The notes below the pieces were generated by a model. That model had not been told where the DNA came from. It saw nothing but the letters and a program-made list of their open reading frames with translations, and did not search any database. The position numbers and the translations under genes are program-made. From Tubiluchus corallicola (taxonomy: Eukaryota; Animalia; Priapulida), in NCBI GenBank assembly GCA_030141605.1, contig JAQGDQ010000704.1:45705-109704 (forward strand): a stretch of DNA of 64,000 nt. Reading direction: 5' to 3'. The first letter of the stretch is position 1. Every line of letters starts with the position of its first letter. Of the stretch, positions 12,278 through 64,000 are shown in pieces.

Positions 12278-14070
12278 TACTAGATGATTGCCTAACAGGT
12301 CTGTAAAAAAACCTGTATAAAAGTCTCTCACGTGAAGACAGTCACAGTATTAAAAATCATTAAGAAATACCATATAACTATATTGGTAGCAAAACAGGAA
12401 GTAAAACAGGAAGTAAAACATGCAAGGAAAAAATGGAGAGGATTAATTGGGGGCAGATGATATAAGAATATTTTTTTATTTTTTTTAAATTTAAGTTTAT
12501 TTATTTATTTCCACACTGCATCTTACAATTATAATAAAAATACAGATAATTTCACTGAAGTAAATATAAATATAAATGCAATATTATCCAGAAATTACAA
12601 AAGAGATTCTTATGCAGCATATACATGTGCAAATTACATTACAGAATAATTTTGATGCATACAGTTTGAGCCTAAAAGCATAGCTTAACTGTACGTGGAA
12701 ATCTTAAAGAAATGATTAATAATTTGAGTAGTGCGAGGTGAGTGTACGGCCATACGGTCATTAACACACTCACCTTACTTAAATGAAAAAATGATTATAG
12801 CTATGCGTGCTTTTGTAGATAACTTAATGTAAATAAGGATGAAGTAAATGATGTAATAATTTGAGTAGTGCGAGGTGAGTGTACAACCATACGGTCATTA
12901 ACACACTCACCTTACTTAAATGAAAAAATGATTATAGTAATGCATGCTTCTGTAGATATTTTAATGTAAATAAGCATGAAGTAAATGATGTAATAATTTG
13001 AGTAGTGCGAGGTGAGTGTACGACCATACGGTTATTAACACACTCACCTTACTTAAGTGAAAAAATGATTATAGTTATGCATGCTTCTGTAGATAATGTA
13101 ACTTAATGTAAATAAGGATGAAGTAAATGATGTAATAATAGCAATGGTATAAGAGCAATAAACCTGAAAGTTGAGAAAGGAAAACATAATATGTAATTAC
13201 GACTTTGAGTGAGCCTTAAAGAGTGAAAAAAATTTTCTTTAAATAGTTACGAATATGAATTATGTGATTATCTGTCAATGCACCAATTACTTGTATTATA
13301 GGTTTTACACGTCAAATGTAGACACAGGAAAGTTCAAATGTGACTTAGGTAAGTCAAATGTAGACATAGGAATTTCGAATGTGTTTTGGTAACTCAAATG
13401 TGACTTAGGTAAGTCAAATGTAGATGCATTACTTTGAATAAATCGGTAATTAACTGATCTAAGTGCAAATTACAAAAAGATAAACCAAAGATAGTCGTCA
13501 CCGCTTCCATAACTTTGAAAAATGCGTTGTTTATCCTCAAACTGAATTTTTTGATAAACCACAACGTCGGTAGGAAAGAATAAATCGGTTCCCACTTGCC
13601 AATGAACAGTGAATCACTAATTAGCTTTTTCAGTAATGCATTAGCACTGCAAGAATGAATTAGTTTCTCTCAAGAAAAATGTTTATTTTATGAATGTATT
13701 GTTTTCTCTAACAGTTTCAATGGTATGTAAAGTTTACAGAATATTAGTGAACTATTAGTAGACCTATAAAGTTATTATTTTGACACCTATCTACATTTGA
13801 GATACCAATGTCACATTTGACTTGACATGTGTCTACATTTGACTTACCAAAAGCACTCAAAATTTGTTGAAAACCATTGTTAACACATTTGAACTACCTA
13901 AGTCTACATTTGAGTTACCAAGACACATTTGAATTACCTAAATCTACATTTGAGTTAACGTAGGTCTACATTTGACATGTAAAACCTATACAATGCACCA
14001 TATTGCTTACCATATTATCAATACAATCAACAGGCTTTGCCATCGCGTTCTTGTCTTTTACTCCTTGCAG

Positions 14071-57568
<43,498 letters not shown>

Positions 57569-57971
57569 GGTCGGGTAAAAGCTGCCGTGTTCGCCGTACC
57601 AAAAAAAGTATTCATCGATTAGTTTAACGAGGAAGAAAATTGATAGAAAAGTATCGATGACTAAGTGAGCCGAAGTGAACCGCTGCGATTTCACTTCCTG
57701 TTTCTTTAGTTATTAGTGAATTACTAATGGTAATTACTAATTACTAATTAGTAAATAGCCGGGTGTAACAAATTTTTAGCTCGGCTCAGGTTTTTTCTTC
57801 TATTTGTTCTTTTTTCTTTATTTTCTTCGAAGTTTTGTGGAAAAAATGTAACAAGGGTGAGAAAAATCATTGATGAATCCTTAGAAATTTAAAGTGTTTT
57901 CTATTAGATATAGGCTGCCGATTAATTTAATTACGATGGTGTTAGTTACCAAAAACTGTTATGTTATCTGT

Positions 57972-58267
57972 GGCACGTTCAGATTAGCAGTTTTTCTCTC
58001 CGATAGCAAACTCGCAAGTGTGAACTACTTTGTGAGTTACTGTCGGCAAGAATTGCAAACTGTCTGACAGTTGCTGTGAGTTACTGTCTAGTGTAAACTC
58101 CTGTCTAGCGAGTTACTCTCAACGCTTGGCGAGTTCACGCAGTGAATAGAGAAGTGAGGGTCAGCCTCGTGCTTACTGCCGGAGAGTAACTCACAGCAAG
58201 TTTTGCTCTCTAAGTCTGAACACGCTTGCGAGTTACTGGTGAGAAAGCTCCCTAGTCTGAATATGCC
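57972..58267. mobile_element. Harbinger-like MITE downstream of the BIG3 stop
   Basis: ggcacgttcagatta ... tagtctgaatatgcc imperfect TIR, with internal inverted aactcgcaag/cttgcgagtt. Confidence 0.5.
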
Positions 58268-58269
58268 TT

Positions 58270-60981
58270 TACTGTAGGTTAATCAGTGCTGTAATTCAAG
58301 CTGCAGCTGTAGAGTGTACTGTAGATATGTAACAATCAGTGAAGTAATTCAAGCTGCAGCTGTGGAGTGTACTGTAGAAACGTAACAATTAGTGCTGTAA
58401 TTCAAGCTGCAGCGGTGGAGTGTACTGTAGATACGTAACAATCATTGCTGTAATTCAAGCTGCAGCTGTAGAGTGTACTGTAGATACGTAACAATCAGTG
58501 CTGTAATTCAAGCTGCAGCTGTAGAGTGTACTGTAGATACGTAACAATCAGTGCTGTAATTCAAGCTGCAGCTGTAGAGTGTACTGTAGATACGTAACAA
58601 TCAGTGCTGTAATTCAAGCTGCAGCTGTAGAGTGTACTGTAGATACGTAACAATCAGTGCAGTATTCAAGCTGCAGCTGTGGAGTGTACTGTAGATACGT
58701 AACAATCAGTGCTGTAATTCAAGCTGCAGCTGTAGAGTGTACTGTAGATACGTAACAATCAGTGCAGTAATTCAAGCTGCAGCTGTGGAGTGTACTGTAG
58801 ATACGTAACAATCAGTGCAGTAATTCAAGCTGCAGCTGTAGAGTGTACTGTAGATATGTAACAATCAGTGCAGTAATTCAAGCTGCAGCTGTGGAGTGTA
58901 CTGTAGATACGTAACAATCAGTGCTGTAATTCAAGCTGCAGCTGTAGAGTGTACTGTAGATACGTAACAATCAGTGCAGTAATTCAAGCTGCAGCTGTGG
59001 AGTGTACTGTAGATACGTAACAATCAGTGCTGTAATTCAAGCTGCAGCTGTAGAGTGTACTGTAGATATGTAACAATCAGTGCAGTAATTCAAGCTGCAG
59101 CTGTGGGGTGTACTGTAGATACGTAACAATCAGTGCAGTAATTCAAGCTGCAGCTGTGGAGTGTACTGTTGATATGTAACAATCAGTGCTGTAATTCAAG
59201 CTGCAGCTGTAGAGTGTACTGTAGATACGTAACAATCAGTGCAGTAATTCAAGCTGCAGCTGTAGGGTGTACTGTTGATATGTAACAATCAGTCCAGTAA
59301 TTCAAGCTGCAGCTGTGGGGTGTACTGTAGAAACGTAACAATCAGTGCTGTAATTCAAGCTACAGCTGTGGGGTGTACTGTAGATATGTAACAATCAGTG
59401 CTGTAATTCAAGCTACAGCTGTGAAGTGTACTGTAGATACGTAACAATCAGTGCAGTAATTCAAGCTGCAGCTGTGGGGTGTACTGTAGATACGTAACAA
59501 TCAGTGCAGTATTCCAGCTACAGCTGTAGAGTTTACTGTAGAAACGTAACAATCAGTGCAGTAATTCAAGCTACAGCTGTGGAGTGTACTGTAGATACGT
59601 AACAATCAGTGCAGTAATTCAAGCTGCAGCTGTGGAGTGTACTGTAGATACGTAACAATCAGTGCAGTAATTCAAGCTGCAGCTGTAGAGTGTACTGTAG
59701 ATACGTAACAATCAGTGCTGTAATTCAAGCTGCAGCTGTAGAGTGTACTGTAGATACGTAACAATCAGTGCTGTAATTCAAGCTGCAGCTGTGGAGTGTA
59801 CTGTAGATATGTAACAATCAGTGCAGTAATTCAAGCTGCAGCTGTAGAGTGTACTGTAGATACGTAACAATCAGTGCAGTAATTCAAGCTACAGCTGTGG
59901 AGTGTACTGTAGATACGTAACAATCAGTGCTGTAATTCAAGCTGCAGCTGTAGAGTGTACTGTAGATATGTAACAATCAGTGCTGTAATTCAAGCTGCAG
60001 CTGTAGAGTGTACTGTAGATATGTAACAATCAGTGCTGTAATTCAAGCTGCAGCTGTAGAGTGTACTGTAGATATGTAACAATCAGTGCAGTAATTCAAG
60101 CTGCAGCTGTAGAGTGTACTGTAGATATGTAACAATCAGTGCAGTAATTCAAGCTGCAGCTGTGGAGTGTACTGTAGATATGTAACAATCAGTGCAGTAA
60201 TTCAAGCTGCAGCTGTGTGTACTGTGATATGTAACAATCAGTCAGTATTCAAGCTGCAGCTGTGTGTACTGTAGATACGTAACAATCAGTGCTGTAATTC
60301 AAGCTGCAGCTGTGGAGTGTACTGTAGATATGTAACAATCAGTGCTGTAATTCAAGCTGCAGCTGTAGAGTGTACTGTAGATATGTAACAATCAGTGCTG
60401 TAATTCAAGCTGCAGCTGTAGAGTGTACTGTAGATACGTAACAATCAGTGCAGTATTCAAGCTGCAGCTGTAGAGTTTACTGTAGATACGTAACAATCAG
60501 TGCAGTAATTCAAGCTGCAGCTGTAGAGTGTACTGTAGATACGTAACAATCAGTGCTGTAATTCAAGCTGCAGCTGTGGAGTTTACTGTAGATACGTAAC
60601 AATCAGTGCAGTAATTCAAGCTGCAGCTGTAGAGTGTACTGTAGATACATAATAATCAGTGCAGTAATTCAAGCTGCAGCTGTAGAGTGTACTGTAGATA
60701 CATAATAATCAGTGCAGTAATTCAAGCTGCAGCTGTAGAGTGTACTGTAGATACGTAACAATCAGTGCTGTAATTCAAGCTGCAGCTGTAGAGTGTACTG
60801 TAGATACGTAACAATCAGTGCTGTAATTCAAGCTGCAGCTGTAAAGTGTACTGTAGATACGTAGCAATCAGTGCAGTAATTCAAGCTGCAGCTATAGAGT
60901 GTACTGTAGATACGTAACAATCAGTGCAGTAATTCAAGCTGCAGCTGTAGAGTGTACTGTAGATAGGTTTGAATCAGTGCA
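58270..60981. repeat. 53-bp satellite, about 51 copies
   Basis: aatcagtgctgtaattcaagctgcagctgtagagtgtactgtagatacgtaac. Confidence 0.96.
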
Positions 60982-61891
60982 TTGAACAGTGGTTGACTTT
61001 AACACGGGCATTGCTAACATCCAAAGCAGTTGAAAATGCAAGGCGTTTAATCTGTACTAGGCTAATTACGTTTTTTAAATATAAACTTGTGAAATGGCAA
61101 AAGTGAATCAAAAATGCACAAACAACTTATGAGCTTGTTATGTATCGTACGACTTTAGGCATACATGTATCAAAATGTTATAGTACCAAAGATATTGTCA
61201 TCGATGAAAAATAATATTATTACAGCCTTATTTTTACAATAATTAATGTCATCTATAATCGAGGATGGAAATTATTTATAGTAGAGAATGAGTTTTTCTT
61301 TCAATAAGTTGTAATTTTCTGAAAGGTGTGATAACATTTACAAGTTATTATGAGTTGGAATTTATGTGAACGTAATCGCAATCAGGTGTTTTATCCAGGT
61401 AATTCTGGTCAAAATGTTTGTTTATTTATTTTCGTGGTGTCACAGGTAAATAAGTATTATATCAAAATGTCATAATACCAAAGATGTCGTTGAAAAATAA
61501 TATTTATTTTATGAAATCATATTTATTTATTTTACTTATTGTGATCGGAGCATTGATGAATATGTTATACAATGTATTGTAGTCATGTGATCCCGTGAGC
61601 GGTTGTAGTCATGTGATCCCGTGAGCGGTTGTAGAGGTTTGTACGCATTATGATTGTAAAATTGTGGCTATATAAATGTCCGTGGTAGGGACAGTTGTTG
61701 TGAGTACAATTGTATTAGGTTTTTAATTTAGCCGATATTTTTAGATAAATGTTGTAGCGCATGAGACTAGAAGGGTGTTTCTTAGATACGACATCCCTGC
61801 TGTTCCCCGTGAAGAAATTTGAAAAGTGTCGAATTTCTTGTAATTTATCCCATTTTGCTTACATTCCAAAGTGATTATGGTTGGTTGTCAT

Positions 61892-62964
61892 TGTAATTAA
61901 TTTCTACTGTGTCTACCTGAGTACACCTGTAATTAATTTCTACTTTGTCTACCTGAGTACACCTGTATTTAATTTCTACTGTGTCTACCTGAGTGCACCT
62001 GTAATTAATTTCTACTTTGTCTACCTGAGTACACCTGTAATTAATTTCTACTGTGTCTACCTGAGTACACCTGTAATTAATTTCTACTGTGTCTACCTGA
62101 GTGCACCTGTAATTAATTTCTACTCTGTCTACCTGAGTGCACCTGTAATTAATTTCTACTTTGTCTACCTGAGTACACCTGTAATTAATTTCTACTCTGT
62201 CTACCTGAGTACACCTGTAATTAATTTCTACTGTGTCTACCTGAGTACACCTGTAATTAATTTCTACTGTGTCTACCTGAGTGCACCTGTAATTAATTTC
62301 TACTTTGTCTACCTGAGTACACCTGTAATTAATTTCTACTGTGTCTACCTGAGTACACCTGTAATTAATTTCTACTGTGTCTACCTGAGTGCACCTGTAA
62401 TTAATTTCTACTCTGTCTACCTGAGTGCACCTGTAATTAATTTCTACTTTGTCTACCTGAGTACACCTGTAATTAATTTCTACTCTGTCTGCCTGAGTGC
62501 ACCTGTAATTAATTTCTACTCTGTCTACCTGAGTGCACCTGTAATTAATTTCTACTCTGTCTGCCTGAGTACACCTGTAATTAATTTCTACTCTGTCTGC
62601 CTGAGTACACCTGTATTTAATTTCTACTTTGTCTACCTGAGTACACCTGTAATTAATTTCTACTCTGTCTACCTGAGTGCACCTGTAATTAATTTCTACT
62701 TTGTCTACCTGAGTACACCTGTAATTAATTTCTACTTTGTCTACCTGAGTACACCTGTAATTAATTTCTACTCTGTCTACCTGAGTACACCTGTATTTAA
62801 TTTCTACTGTGTCTACCTGAGTACACCTGTAATTAATTTCTACTGTGTCTACCTGAGTACACCTGTAATTAATTTCTACTGTGTCTACCTGAGTGCATCT
62901 GTAATTAAGTTCTACTCTGTCTGCCTGAGTACATCTGTATTTAATTTCTATTTTGTCTACCTGA
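61892..62964. repeat. 36-bp minisatellite, about 30 copies
   Basis: tgtaattaatttctactgtgtctacctgagtacacc. Confidence 0.96.
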
Positions 62965-63164
62965 CAGAGTTTTTGTTTGGCGTACCAGTGTACTTTGGTA
63001 CAACACGTTATGTACTACATTTCACATACGGTGTACTTCCGTACTATATTTTTATGTACCTGGTCAGCTGATAGACCTTCTTTTTTACTCTTCGAATGAG
63101 CGATTCAAAATCTTGTTGTTTATTTACAGAGTCAAACCTTATCATTTATTACATTTGTCTTCTG

Positions 63165-64000
63165 ATCCCAAATAATGTATGTAAAAGCGGTAATAAAAAT
63201 CATTATTGTGTGCAAGGTATAAATGACCGCTGTACTGGTCTTTCTTGTTGCTGATAATGTCACAAAAGTAAAAAAATATTCACTCTACCTTCTGTACATA
63301 ATCCCAGGTAAAATGTGTAAAAGCATTTATAAAAATCATTGTTGTGCGCAAGGTATAAATGACCGCTGTACTGGTCTTTCTTGTTGCTGATAATGTCACA
63401 AAAGTAAAAAAATATTCACTCTACCTTCTGTACATAATCCCAGGTAAAATGTGTAAAAGCATTTATAAAAATCATTGTTGTGCGCAAGGTATAAATGACC
63501 GCTGTACTGGTCTTTCTTGTTGCTGATAATGTCACAAAAGTAAAAAAATATTCACTCTACCTTCTGTACATAATCCCAGGTAAAATGTGTAAAAGCATTT
63601 ATAAAAATCATTATTGTGTGCAAGGTATAAATGACTGCTGTACTGGTCTTTCTTGTTGCTGATAATGTCACAAAAGTAAAAAAATATTCACTCTACCTTC
63701 TGTACATAATCCCAGGTAAAATGTGTAAAAGCATTTATAAAAATCATTGTTGTGCGCAAGGTATAAATGACCGCTGTACTGATCTTTCTTGTTGCTGATA
63801 ATGTCACAAAAGTAAAAAAATATTCACTCGACCTTCTGTACATAATCCCAGGTAAAATGTGTAAAAGCATTTATAAAAATCATTGTTGTGCGCAAGGTAT
63901 AAATGACTGCTGTACTGGTCTTTCTTGTTGCTGATAATGTCACAAAAGTAAAAAAATATTCACTCGACCTTCTGTACATAATCCCAGGTAAAATGTGTAA
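63165..64000. repeat. 136-bp satellite running off the window edge
   Basis: atcccaggta at 63301, 63437 and onward. Confidence 0.95.

Noticed and set aside
58270-60981. CRISPR-like array
   Set aside because: Contiguous tandem units with no unique spacers, in a eukaryotic context with no cas genes.
61881-63071. 396-aa ORF of 12-aa repeats
   Set aside because: Product of a stop-free 36-bp minisatellite with a non-ATG start; no unique domain.

Overview
AT-rich, repeat-dense DNA from an invertebrate animal, probably a protostome judging by the 18S fragment. The main gene is the 3' part of ARFGEF3/BIG3 (KIAA1244): 20 in-frame GT-AG exons on the + strand from 14071 to the stop at 57568. The exon that must precede them (11475-11681) lies on the - strand, inside a 2.8 kb spacer between two long inverted arms (1-9917 and 12718-18337). 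Each arm carries a protein-identical copy of the next exon, so the gene only reads through if this cassette is flipped. That points to an invertible segment, an inversion polymorphism or a mis-oriented assembly. A BIG3 intron contains an antisense class A GPCR with an uninterrupted ORF, next to a ~0.93 kb 18S rRNA fragment, and three short 18S-like pieces recur in another intron. The window also holds a 5S-headed SINE, many non-autonomous DNA transposons (hAT, pogo/Tigger, Kolobok-like, piggyBac-like), LINE remnants and many satellites. Several satellites are amplified transposon ends, and one is an amplified splice donor. All family assignments come from motif recognition; no searches were run.
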